NCBI GenBank assembly: GCA_005879805.1
Contig: VBKL01000053.1
Span: forward strand, 93,520 to 157,519
DNA length: 64,000 nucleotides
Reading direction: 5' to 3'
From: Deltaproteobacteria bacterium
GTDB lineage: Bacteria > Myxococcota > Myxococcia > Myxococcales > 40CM-4-68-19
Shown here piece after piece: positions 55,556 to 63,902 of the stretch. How positions within the stretch are numbered: the first letter of the stretch is position 1; each line of letters opens with the position of its first letter. The notes under the pieces were generated by a model that was not told the DNA's origin, did no database searches, and saw only the letters and a list, made by a program, of their open reading frames with translations. The translations under genes were made by a program, and so were the position numbers.

Positions 55556-56862
55556 TGGTCACGTTGCGCAGCTACGTGGAGGATCGCTGGGTCGAAGGCC
55601 AGGGGGGCCTGTCAACCTTGGTGAACCCGGCTACGGAAGAGCCGCTCGCGCGCGCCGGAACCTCGGGCATCGATTTCGGCAAGTCGCTCGACCATGCGCG
55701 CACCCGCGGCGGGCCCGCGCTCCGCGAGCTGACCTTCGCGCAGCGCGGTGAGCTGTGCCGTGCCTGGTCGAAAGCGCTCCATGCCGCGCGGGACGAGTTG
55801 AGCGAGAAGGCGGCGACTGCGCTCCTCGGGGGAATGCCGATCCTGAGCAAGCCCGCGACCAGCACGGCGCTCGTCGCGCATCGGGTGGCGGAGATCGGGA
55901 TCCCGCTCCTCCCCAAGGGGAGCTTCGGGTTTCTCGCCGGCTCGACCGGAGATCTGCTCGATCGGCTCGGGCCGCAAGACGTGGTGGCGTTCACCGGCTC
56001 GTCCCAGACGGCGAACAAGCTTCGCGAGCAGCTCTCCCGGCGGGGAGCGCGGCTCAACGTGGAGGCCGATTCGCTCAATGCCGCGGTGCTAGGTCCCGAC
56101 GTGCATCCGGGGAGCGCCACTTGGGATCTGTTCGTCGCCGACGTGGTCCGCGACATGACGCAGAAGACCGGCCAGAAGTGCACGGCGGTCCGTCGCATCT
56201 TCGCTACGAGCGCCCAGAAGCAGGAGGTACGGGACGCGCTCGTCGAGCGGCTCTCGGCGGTTCGAGTCGGCGATCCCGCGCGAACCGAAGTGACCATGGG
56301 GCCGGTGTCGACCGCCGATCAGCTTCGCGACGTGCGCGCCGGGATCGGGCGCCTCGCGAAGGAGGCCGAGGTCGTGGTGGGTGGCGACGCGCCCCCCAAG
56401 GCGCTCGCGCCGGACGGCAAGGGCTACTTCGTGGCCCCGACGCTTCTCGTCGCCCGCGACGCGCAGGCCGCCCGCGCGATCCACGAGGACGAGGTGTTCG
56501 GGCCGGTGGCGACGCTCTGCATCGCGGAGGCGGACAAGCTCGCCGATCTGGTGAGGCGCGGAGGTGGCGGCCTCGTCTGCTCGGCGTTCAGCGACGACCG
56601 CGATTTCCTGCGCAAGCTCGTCCTCGCCGTCGCGCCTTACCACGGGCGCATCTACCTGGGGAGCGAGAAAGTTGCAGGTCAAACCTTCGGTCCGGGCACC
56701 GTGCTTCCGCAACTCGTCCACGGAGGGCCGGGCCATGCGGGCGGCGGCGAGGAGCTGGGTGGAACGCGCGGCATGCAGCTCTACTCGCAGCGCGTCGCTC
56801 TGCAGGGCGACCGCGCAATCCTCGACGCGGTCGCGCCGATGCTCGCGAAGCAGGAGGCGTGA
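55552..56862 (+). CDS. PaaZ-type aldehyde dehydrogenase (3,4-dehydroadipyl-CoA semialdehyde dehydrogenase-like) carrying an in-frame internal deletion; probably inactive
   Basis: It retains KPATSTA, FTGSSQTA, VEADSLNA (Glu) and GQKCTAVRR (Cys). The sequence goes directly from ..KALHAARDEL to SEKAATALLGGMPILSKPAT at about 55795-55805. This skips the segment that in ALDHs contains the FNFP Asn. It is 436 aa, versus the roughly 510-530 I recall for the family. Confidence 0.7.
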   Translation: MMVTLRSYVEDRWVEGQGGLSTLVNPATEEPLARAGTSGIDFGKSLDHARTRGGPALRELTFAQRGELCRAWSKALHAARDELSEKAATALLGGMPILSKPATSTALVAHRVAEIGIPLLPKGSFGFLAGSTGDLLDRLGPQDVVAFTGSSQTANKLREQLSRRGARLNVEADSLNAAVLGPDVHPGSATWDLFVADVVRDMTQKTGQKCTAVRRIFATSAQKQEVRDALVERLSAVRVGDPARTEVTMGPVSTADQLRDVRAGIGRLAKEAEVVVGGDAPPKALAPDGKGYFVAPTLLVARDAQAARAIHEDEVFGPVATLCIAEADKLADLVRRGGGGLVCSAFSDDRDFLRKLVLAVAPYHGRIYLGSEKVAGQTFGPGTVLPQLVHGGPGHAGGGEELGGTRGMQLYSQRVALQGDRAILDAVAPMLAKQEA

Positions 56863-56963
56863 GCCGTCTCTTCCTTCAGTGACCGAACAGCATCGCGACG
56901 TTCACCCAGAAGAGATTTCCCCCCTTCGAGCCCGTCGTCGGCGCACGAGCCATTGACAGCGGG

Positions 56964-57572
56964 TCAAGGAGCGAGCTCCCCGGCGACGCTGAAGCACAGG
57001 CAAAAGCCTGCCGCGCTGGGTCCGGGCGCAAGACCGCTGCTGACGCCCGGGTTCCGATTGGGATCGAAGCCCGGAGGTGGCCCCGTGCCACGCCAGTTCA
57101 GGACATCCAGCTCGAGGCCGAGCGCGAGCCTGGGAAGGATGAAGGCGCGAAAGCCGACACCCGCCTGGGTCGCGAGTCCCACCTCCCCGACGGTTGCAAC
57201 GCTCTCGTCGACGTCGGTACTCGCGCGGACGAGACGGCCGACCCCGACTCCGAGCTGAAACAGTCCCTGGAACCGGCCGGGATTGTGGAAACGCACCTCG
57301 CCGAGAAAGGACCAGGCGCGGTTCCCGGCGCCGCGTCCGAATCCGCCCTGCCCGCCCGGGATGAAGTCGACGCCTTCCGGGCCGAGGACCCCGGTCACTC
57401 GCAGACCAGGTTCGAAGAATTCCCAGAAATCCATCCCCGCGCGAACGGACAACACTGGCGCGAGGACGGAAGAATCGATCGCTCCGCCAGCGCCCGCGCC
57501 CAGCTCCAGACGCACATCGCCGCCTCTCGCGGCCGCCGGCAGTGCGAGGAGGATTCCGAGCAGCGCGCGCAC
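56964..57572 (-). CDS. small outer-membrane beta-barrel protein (possibly frameshifted near its 3' end)
   Basis: A signal peptide is followed by alternating Gly/aromatic beta strands. A more typical terminal strand (GGNLFWVNVAMLFGH-stop at 56876) lies in another frame downstream. Confidence 0.55.
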   Translation of the reverse strand: MRALLGILLALPAAARGGDVRLELGAGAGGAIDSSVLAPVLSVRAGMDFWEFFEPGLRVTGVLGPEGVDFIPGGQGGFGRGAGNRAWSFLGEVRFHNPGRFQGLFQLGVGVGRLVRASTDVDESVATVGEVGLATQAGVGFRAFILPRLALGLELDVLNWRGTGPPPGFDPNRNPGVSSGLAPGPSAAGFCLCFSVAGELAP

Positions 57573-57667
57573 GGCGCGGCCTCATGCATTCCTCGTACTA
57601 GCTGCGCTCGCGAATGATTCCGCGCTATTTCGCAGCCGAGCGCGCGAGGGACCGCGACAACCGTGTC

Positions 57668-58386
57668 CTACTGCGTCGCGTGCCACTCCGCGTAGAGCTT
57701 GTCCGCCTCGGCGACGAAGTCCTCATGCCGCGGCCGCCAGTCGAGCTCGGTGCGCGCCTTCTCGCTCGAGACCTTCTGGTCGAGGGCCAGCGCATCGGCG
57801 AACGGGCCCATCTGCGCCCTCGCCTTCTCGATGGGCTGGACCGAGACCTCACCCTTTCCCGCAGCGCGGCTGCAGGCCTCGGCGATCTCGCGCAGCGTGT
57901 GGGTGGATGCATCGGCGGCGTGGAAGATCGATCCGGCGGGAGCGCGCTCGACGAGGCGCACGTAGAGCTCGGCGAGATCGTCGCGGTGCACGAGCGGCCA
58001 GTGGTTGTTTCCTTCGCCGATCATCTGCGCGGCGCCGTGCTTCGAGGCCGTGCCGAAGAACATGGCGGGGACGCCGCCCGGGCCGCCGTAGACGATCCCC
58101 GGACGCACCACCACGGCGCGGATGCCGTCCTTCGCCAGGTCGAGAGCAGCCTGCTCGTGCGCGGGTCGCCACGCCACCGCCTGGGCTGGCTTGAGCGGGT
58201 GCTTCTCGTCGGCGGCATCGCCCTCGGTGTTGCCGAGGACCCAGATGCCGCTCGTGTAGATGAACGTCCCTCCGACGCTGCCGTGGAGAAGCTCGCGCGC
58301 GGTGGAACGTCGTGGCCGGCCTTCTTCAGGCGCAGTGCGACAGCGCTGCCGATGTACCCGGTCCCGCCGGTGACGAACACCTTCAT
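57668..58386 (-). pseudogene. NAD(P)-binding epimerase/dehydratase-type SDR with an internal deletion and frameshift
   Basis: ATG 58386 gives MKVFVTGGTGYIGSAVALRLKKAGHDV. At about 58300-58306 the frame changes to ARELLHGSVGGTFIYTSGIWVLG...WRPRHEDFVAEADKLYAEW. Most of the Rossmann beta2-beta4 region is missing. Confidence 0.75.
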
Positions 58387-58685
58387 CGAGGCTGGTCCTC
58401 CAATATGGCTCGGGCGGAGTCTCTACGCCGAGCGAGCCTTTCCGCCAAGAGGATCCACGTCCGTCCTGGTCCGCGGCCGGGCAGGCGCCTGCATAGCCGG
58501 CTACGCACCGCCACCGCCGCTTCGCGGCAAAACGGTGGGACATGTGGGTGTGATACGTACCCGGAATGTACCTAAGCGCTCGAAGTGTTTGGGGTTCGTA
58601 GCCTGACGCACGCCGACATTAAACGGTCTCGTGTTTGCTACAAGGCAGTGACGGGCACGTAACGCCACGCGGGAGTCAGCACCGA

Positions 58686-59586
58686 ATGCACGGCAACGTC
58701 GAGCGCCTTCCGGTCACCCAGAAGAAGGTCGCAGTCCTCCTCAACGGAAATGCCCGGGCCGTCACCGAGCAGCTCCGCCGGGAGCTCGAGCAGTTCGTTC
58801 CGCCCGAGGACCTCTTCTTCTCCCGCAGCTTCGAAGACGCCCGCAGCATCGCCCGGACCGTGCTCGATCGCGGCTACGGCACCGTGCTCACCGGCGGCGG
58901 CGACGGCACCTTCGTCGGCTACGTGAACTGCATCTACGACGAGGTGGCGCGCGGCCAGCCCCACCTCTTCGTCCGGGCCAGCGGCGGCAGCGCCGCCCCT
59001 CTCGCGGCCTCCCACAGCTTCCAGCTCCCCCGCTTCGGCGTCCTGCGTCTCGGGACCGGCAACGCGCTCGCGGAGTTTGCGGGCGCGTCCGGCCGGCGCC
59101 GTGCTCTCCGAGCGCACCGTTCCCATGGTCGAGGTGGTGAACACCGGCTCCCCGGCGCAGCAACTCGACTGGACCGGCAAGCCCGTCGGCCGCGAGATCC
59201 GTCGTGGCGACGTCATCTACCGCGGCCCCTGCCGGATCGCCGCGGCCGGCACGGTCCCCTGCTACGGCTTCGGCTTCCGCATCTTCCCCTTCGCCTTGCG
59301 CGCGCCGGGCCAGTTCCAGCTGCGGCTCTCCTCGATGAGCCTGCCGCAGATGCTGTCGCAGGCTCCGCGCATCTGGCGCGGCATCACGCCGCGCAAGGGC
59401 GTCGCCGATTTCCTCTGCGACAGTGTCCACGTGAAGTTCGATCGGGAGATGCCGTTCCAGATCGGCGGGGACGCGGAAGGGTATCGCAGGGAGCTCGAGC
59501 TCGAGATGTGCGATCAGCCGCTCGAGCTGCTGGACTTCAATTGCGGGCCGCTCTTGCAGGGGCGGCGGCCGTTCGCTAGCGCTTAA
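58686..59586 (+). pseudogene. diacylglycerol/lipid kinase catalytic-domain protein (YegS/LCB5 family), frameshifted
   Basis: The sequence is KKVAVLLNGNA...VLTGGGDGTF...LRLGTGNALAEFAGASG. The frame then switches at about 59091-59101 to VLSERTVPMVEV...AAAGTVPCYGFGFRIFPFA...QIGGDAEG, ending at TAA 59584-59586. Confidence 0.7.
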
Positions 59587-59626
59587 ACCCCGATCCGTCT
59601 CCAATAGACCGTTGACGTGAGCGTTG

Positions 59627-59686
59627 ACGTTGACGTAGTCGGCGACGTCAACGTCCACGATACCCGGGTAGCGTCCGGACGTTTTT
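59627..59686. terminator. bidirectional terminator region between convergent genes (three palindromes)
   Basis: ACGTTGACGT-agtcggcg-ACGTCAACGT (59627-59654) is a 10-bp perfect stem. It is followed by TACCCGGGTA (59661-59670) and CGTCCGGACG (59672-59681), then TTTTT. Confidence 0.6.
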
Positions 59687-61010
59687 AGAGCACGTTGCTC
59701 GCCAGCTCCGCGAGCGCGCTTCGCTCACCTTTGGTGAGCGTGATATGCCCCGCGAGCTTCTCGTTCCGGAACTTGTTCACCACGTGAATGAGCCCGTTGT
59801 TGGTCGAATCCACGTACGGATTATCGATCTGGTACGGGTCCCCCGTGAGCACGATCTTCGTGTTGTCGCCGACCCGCGTGATGATCGTCTTCACCTCGTG
59901 GGGCGTGAGGTTCTGCGCCTCGTCCACGATGATGAACTGATTGGGGATGCTCCTGCCGCGGATGTAGGTGAGCGGCTCGATTGCGACGAGCCCGAGATCG
60001 ATCAGCTCCTTGTAGCTCCTCCCCGCCTTGCGGTCCGCCTTCGACAACCCCATGAGGAACTCGACGTTGTCGTAGATGGGCTGCATCCACGGGTTGAGCT
60101 TCTCCTCGACGGTTCCCGGCAGATATCCGATGTCCTTCCCGAGCGGGAAGACAGGACGCGAGACGAGCATCTTCTGGAAGACCTGCTCCTCCATCGTCTT
60201 CTGCAGGCCGGCGGCGATGGCGAGGAGCGTCTTTCCGGTGCCCGCCTTCCCGACGATGGTGACGAGCTTGATCTCGTCGTTCAAGAGCAGGTCGAGAGCG
60301 AAGCTCTGCTCCTTGTTGCGCGGCCGTAGCCCCCAGGCGCCCTCCTTGAGCGACTTCATCAGCGGCACGAACTTGCCGCGGGAGGCGTTGTACTTGGCGA
60401 GCGCGGTGTGGTTCGGCGCCTCGCGGTCCTTGAGGAGCGCGAACTCGTTGGGCGCGACGTGGCCGGCCATCTCCTCCGGCACGGCGAGCTCCGCATGCGA
60501 GTAGAACCCGTCGATGTCGGCGCGCGCGACCTCCACCTCGCGCACGCCCATGTAGACCTCGGGGTTCTCGATCTTGTCGTTGCGGTAGTCCTCGCTCGGG
60601 AGGCCGAGCGCGTCCGCGCGGATGCGCAGGTTCACGTCCTTGGAGACGAAAACGCAGCGCAGATTGGGCTCGCGCTCCTTGAGGTCCGCGGCGAGGGCGA
60701 GGATGCGGTTGTCGGCCAGGTGGCCGTTCATCAGCTGCCGCGGGAGGTCCTTGTGCGTGAAGAGCACGCGCAACGTCCCGCCGCCCTCCAGGGTGACCCC
60801 CTCGGTGAGCGAGCCGCCCTCGGTGCGGAAGGAGTCGAGGTCGCGGGAGACCTGGCGCGCATTGCGGCCCAGCTCCGAGGCGTCCCGCTTGAACTTGTCG
60901 ATCTCCTCGACCACGTAGATCGGGATGACGACGTTGTTCTCTTTGAACTTGTAGAGCGCGCTCGGGTCGTGGAGGAGGACGTTCGTGTCGAGGACGTAGT
61001 TCTTGCGCAA
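59685..61010 (-). CDS. PIN-domain/PhoH-like ATPase (PhoH2/YlaK type)
   Basis: The TTG start lies 8 nt after GGGAG. YVLDTNVLLHDP is the PIN domain. GKAGTGKT is Walker A, with IIVDEAQN and the GDPYQID PhoH core. Confidence 0.9.
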   Translation of the reverse strand: MRKNYVLDTNVLLHDPSALYKFKENNVVIPIYVVEEIDKFKRDASELGRNARQVSRDLDSFRTEGGSLTEGVTLEGGGTLRVLFTHKDLPRQLMNGHLADNRILALAADLKEREPNLRCVFVSKDVNLRIRADALGLPSEDYRNDKIENPEVYMGVREVEVARADIDGFYSHAELAVPEEMAGHVAPNEFALLKDREAPNHTALAKYNASRGKFVPLMKSLKEGAWGLRPRNKEQSFALDLLLNDEIKLVTIVGKAGTGKTLLAIAAGLQKTMEEQVFQKMLVSRPVFPLGKDIGYLPGTVEEKLNPWMQPIYDNVEFLMGLSKADRKAGRSYKELIDLGLVAIEPLTYIRGRSIPNQFIIVDEAQNLTPHEVKTIITRVGDNTKIVLTGDPYQIDNPYVDSTNNGLIHVVNKFRNEKLAGHITLTKGERSALAELASNVL

Positions 61011-61141
61011 CGACGGAGCTCCCTGCGTTGGAGGCCTTGCGTCCTTGGTCCTGCCGGCGCGGCAAGAACCCGGATCGTAGATCGGACCCCGCCGGAAGCG
61101 AAGCCGGATCTTCTCGCGAAGTCGTCCTGCGACCGTGCGAG

Positions 61142-61426
61142 CTATTCGAACTTGAAGAGGACCTCGTCGTCCTTGACGTAGCCGAGCCGCTCGCGGGCAG
61201 CCTTTTCCAGCGCCTGCGTCTCTCCCGGGCCGGACATGTGCTTGACCCGCCGCGACAGGCGCGCGTTCTCCTCGCGAAGGGCTGCGTTGGCCGTTTCCTG
61301 CCGCGCGGCATCGGCGCCGAGCTTGCGCAGGAGCCTCATGCCTTTCGCGTCCCAGAAGGCGGCCGCGGCGATGACGATGGCAAGGATGGCCGCCCCGAGG
61401 AGCAGCCGTCCGGGTCGCAAGGGCAT
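61142..61426 (-). CDS. ftsB: septum formation initiator (FtsB/DivIC family)
   Basis: It has a single TM helix (LLLGAAILAIVIAAAAF) and a coiled coil (ETANAALREENARLSRRV). The C-terminus is RERLGYVKDDEVLFKFE. Confidence 0.8.
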   Translation of the reverse strand: MPLRPGRLLLGAAILAIVIAAAAFWDAKGMRLLRKLGADAARQETANAALREENARLSRRVKHMSGPGETQALEKAARERLGYVKDDEVLFKFE

Positions 61427-61487
61427 CGCGCGACCGTACACGGGGGCCATGGACCCGCAAGGAAAAAACAAGTCGCCTATTAGATGC

Positions 61488-61997
61488 TCAGCGCTTCGGC
61501 TGCCGCGCCTGGCAGGCCTTGCACAAGCCGTAGAGCTCGAGCTTGTGCCGGGTGACGAGGAACCCGTGCTGCCGGGCGACGAGGTCCTGCAATTCCTCGA
61601 TGCGCTCGTTCTCGAACTCGATGATGGCGTGGCAGCTCGTGCAGATGAGGTGGTCGTGGTGGTGGCGGCCGATGGCCGCCTCGTAGCGCGTCTGCCCGTC
61701 CTCGAAGTGCCTTGGGCTCGCGAGCCCCGAGTCGGCGAGGATCTTCATGGTGCGGTAGACGGTGGCCGCGCCGATGTTCTCGTCCCGCTCCTGCACCTTG
61801 CTGAGCAGCTCGTCGACGCTGAGGTGGCCGGTGGCGCCGAAGAACGTGTCGACGATGAGGTCGCGCTGGCGGGTGGCCTTGAGGCCGCGCTCGGCGATCC
61901 ATTCGTTCAGGCGCGTCCGCGCCTCGGCCGGAGTGGCGGCGTCGGGAGGCGGCCGGACACGTGCCCTGGGCGCTGGCGTTTGTGAGCGAGTGGTCAT
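61488..61997 (-). CDS. fur: Fur-family transcriptional regulator
   Basis: SVDELLSKVQERDENIGAATVYRTMKILADSGL is the winged helix. The metal sites are HHHDHLICTSC ... LYGLCKAC. Confidence 0.9.
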   Translation of the reverse strand: MTTRSQTPAPRARVRPPPDAATPAEARTRLNEWIAERGLKATRQRDLIVDTFFGATGHLSVDELLSKVQERDENIGAATVYRTMKILADSGLASPRHFEDGQTRYEAAIGRHHHDHLICTSCHAIIEFENERIEELQDLVARQHGFLVTRHKLELYGLCKACQARQPKR

Positions 61998-62027
61998 CGG
62001 CTACCTGCCTCCCTCGCGGGGGGCCGG

Positions 62028-62048
62028 TGAAATTGATTCTCAAATTCA
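62028..62048. promoter_or_regulatory. Fur-box-like inverted repeat upstream of fur
   Basis: TGAAATTGA-ttc-TCAAATTCA is a 9-nt inverted repeat with one mismatch. It is an AT-rich island 31-51 nt upstream of the fur start codon in otherwise GC-rich DNA. Confidence 0.55.
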
Positions 62049-62080
62049 ACTGTAGCGCCGCCCGGCGGAGTGTCAAGCCG

Positions 62081-62782
62081 CTACCGGATCCAGCCCCGAT
62101 CGCGGGCGAATGCCCGCCATTGCTCCTGCGCGCTCTCGCCCGTCGCACCGGGAGCCGCGTCGCCCCCGGTCATGCGCACGAGCGATGCGCGCGCAGTCTC
62201 CCGTACGCGAGGGTCGGGATCCGCGAGATGCTCGATGAGCGGCCCGGCGTACCGCGCGGGATCATTGCGGTATCCCGCAAGCTCGGCGGCGAGGTGGCGC
62301 AACTGCGCCTGCGGGGAAGAGAGAAAGACCACGACGTCGTCGCGGGCGGCTTCCGGCGGCGCCGCCAGGCGCTCGCGCGACCCGGGAAGTAGCAGCACCC
62401 AGACGAGGGCGCCGAGCCCGATCTGGAAGAGCCCGGTAGCGGCCGGATACTTCTTCGCCCGGACGAGCGCGAGCCGGTAGACGGCGAAGACGATGAGGAA
62501 GATGCCGAAGAGGATCGGCGCGGCCTGCGCCTCCTTCATGCCGAGCTGGCGGCCGCCGATGCTTCCGCCCGCCCAGAAGGTGAGGAGCGCGCTCGCGACC
62601 AGGAGCGCGTAGAGGGCGGGCCGCAGGATGCGCACGAAGGCCAGGCCGACGCGGGTGCGCAGCCGTCGCGGATCGCGGACTCCTTCCAGCGCCTCGCTCA
62701 CGACGGCTCTGTAACGCGTGGCGGCCGCTCCGTCCAGGGAACGGTACACAACATTTGACTTCGCGTCGGGCCACGGCCACAA
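62081..62782 (-). CDS. hypothetical membrane protein with a HEAT-like C-terminal segment
   Basis: There are three hydrophobic helices. The C-terminal LIEHLADPDPRVRETARASLVRMTG is HEAT/PBS-lyase-like. The start is uncertain (possibly GTG about 62701). Confidence 0.5.
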   Translation of the reverse strand: MWPWPDAKSNVVYRSLDGAAATRYRAVVSEALEGVRDPRRLRTRVGLAFVRILRPALYALLVASALLTFWAGGSIGGRQLGMKEAQAAPILFGIFLIVFAVYRLALVRAKKYPAATGLFQIGLGALVWVLLLPGSRERLAAPPEAARDDVVVFLSSPQAQLRHLAAELAGYRNDPARYAGPLIEHLADPDPRVRETARASLVRMTGGDAAPGATGESAQEQWRAFARDRGWIR

Positions 62783-63516
62783 CGTTCCGCCTCGTGCGGG
62801 GCGTTCCGGGCGACGTGCCGAGAGCGAGGCAGCTGCCCGGCGTGGCCAGCGGGCCGCCCGTGCGCCGCCGCGCCCACCCGCCGGAGCCAGCTGCGACCCT
62901 GGGGGCCCCGCCGGAGGCTACCGCCCCGCCCGCGGAACCCTCCGCCGCGCCGGACGTCGCGGCGCAGGCGAAAAAGCTCCGCACGCTCCTCGGCGAGATC
63001 GGGCCGAGACGAAGGGCGCTGGCGAAAGAGCTCGGCAGCAAGGGCCGGCCGCTCAGCACCCCCGTCCTGCTCGCCCGGTTCCGCGCGGCGGGCCTCGAGC
63101 GCGAGCTGGGGCAGCGCGAGCGCGATCTCCTGCGGGCGCTCTTCGCCCGCCATCGCGGCGGAGAGCGGAAGGTCGCCGGGGACCTCGAGCTCTCGCTCGA
63201 CGAACTCAAGACCCTGGTCCGCGAGCGCGGCCTCGCCCGCGAAATCGAGGCCATGCGCGAGCGCTACCGGGGCGAGGCGCGAAAAGCGGATTGGCCGTCC
63301 GCACAACTGTCGAACCTGGCTCTGCGACGGGCGTGGCTCGAGGATCTCGGCATCCATGCCGAGCTGTCGAGCGGGGCCGTCCAGCGCGCCGGCCGGGTCT
63401 GGGAGAAGGCCAGGCGCTCGAAGGATCCGGTGCAGGCGCTCCGCCGCGAGCTGCGGATCGGCCCGGCCGAGGCCCGCGTCCTCCGCGACCTGTTGTCGCG
63501 TTCAACGCCGGCATGA
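62755..63516 (+). CDS. hypothetical protein (Arg/Glu/Leu-rich, helical)
   Basis: The coding bias is good from about 62950 onward (AAQAKKLRTLLGEIG...). The 5' end is uncertain and overlaps the divergent gene as called. Confidence 0.45.
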   Translation: MTSRRATATTFRLVRGVPGDVPRARQLPGVASGPPVRRRAHPPEPAATLGAPPEATAPPAEPSAAPDVAAQAKKLRTLLGEIGPRRRALAKELGSKGRPLSTPVLLARFRAAGLERELGQRERDLLRALFARHRGGERKVAGDLELSLDELKTLVRERGLAREIEAMRERYRGEARKADWPSAQLSNLALRRAWLEDLGIHAELSSGAVQRAGRVWEKARRSKDPVQALRRELRIGPAEARVLRDLLSRSTPA

Positions 63517-63560
63517 TCGGGGCTGCTCGCCCGCTCGGTTTTGTGGATATCCTCCCGATC

Positions 63561-63902
63561 ATGCCGATCTACGAGTTCGTCTGCGAGGCGTGCGGCAACA
63601 TCGTCGAGCGCCTGCAGAAGCTGTCCGACCCCCCTCCCGACGCCTGCCCGGAGTGCGGCGGCAAGATGGCGAAGATCATGAGCCGCAACTCGTTCCAGCT
63701 CAAAGGCGGCGGATGGTACCGGGACCTCTACGGGTCCAGCTCGTCGAAGACCGCCAACCAGAGCACGGAGGCGAAGCCGGCCGGCAAGGACGCCGAGAAG
63801 AAGGACGGCGGCGACAAGCCCGCGGCGGCCCCGGCGGAGGCGCCGGCGGCGGCGCCCAAAGAGACGGCCGCGCCGAAGGAAACGAAGAAGGACGCTACGT
63901 GA
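63561..63902 (+). CDS. FmdB-family zinc-ribbon protein
   Basis: MPIYEFVCEACGNIVERLQKLSDPPPDACPECGG has the characteristic CxxC...CxxC N-terminus. The tail is low-complexity Ala/Pro/Lys. Confidence 0.85.
   Translation: MPIYEFVCEACGNIVERLQKLSDPPPDACPECGGKMAKIMSRNSFQLKGGGWYRDLYGSSSSKTANQSTEAKPAGKDAEKKDGGDKPAAAPAEAPAAAPKETAAPKETKKDAT

Noticed and set aside
53926-56862. 978-aa ORF
   Set aside because: Only the last 436 aa (from ATG 55552) show ALDH motifs. The rest is Arg-rich shadow over the M28 peptidase gene, which reads in another frame.
59611-59660. GTTGACGT repeat cluster as a CRISPR-like or mini-satellite array
   Set aside because: There are only 3-4 copies of an 8-mer with no spacers of regular length, and the cluster is located at a convergent gene end. 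I treated it as a terminator or possible operator instead.
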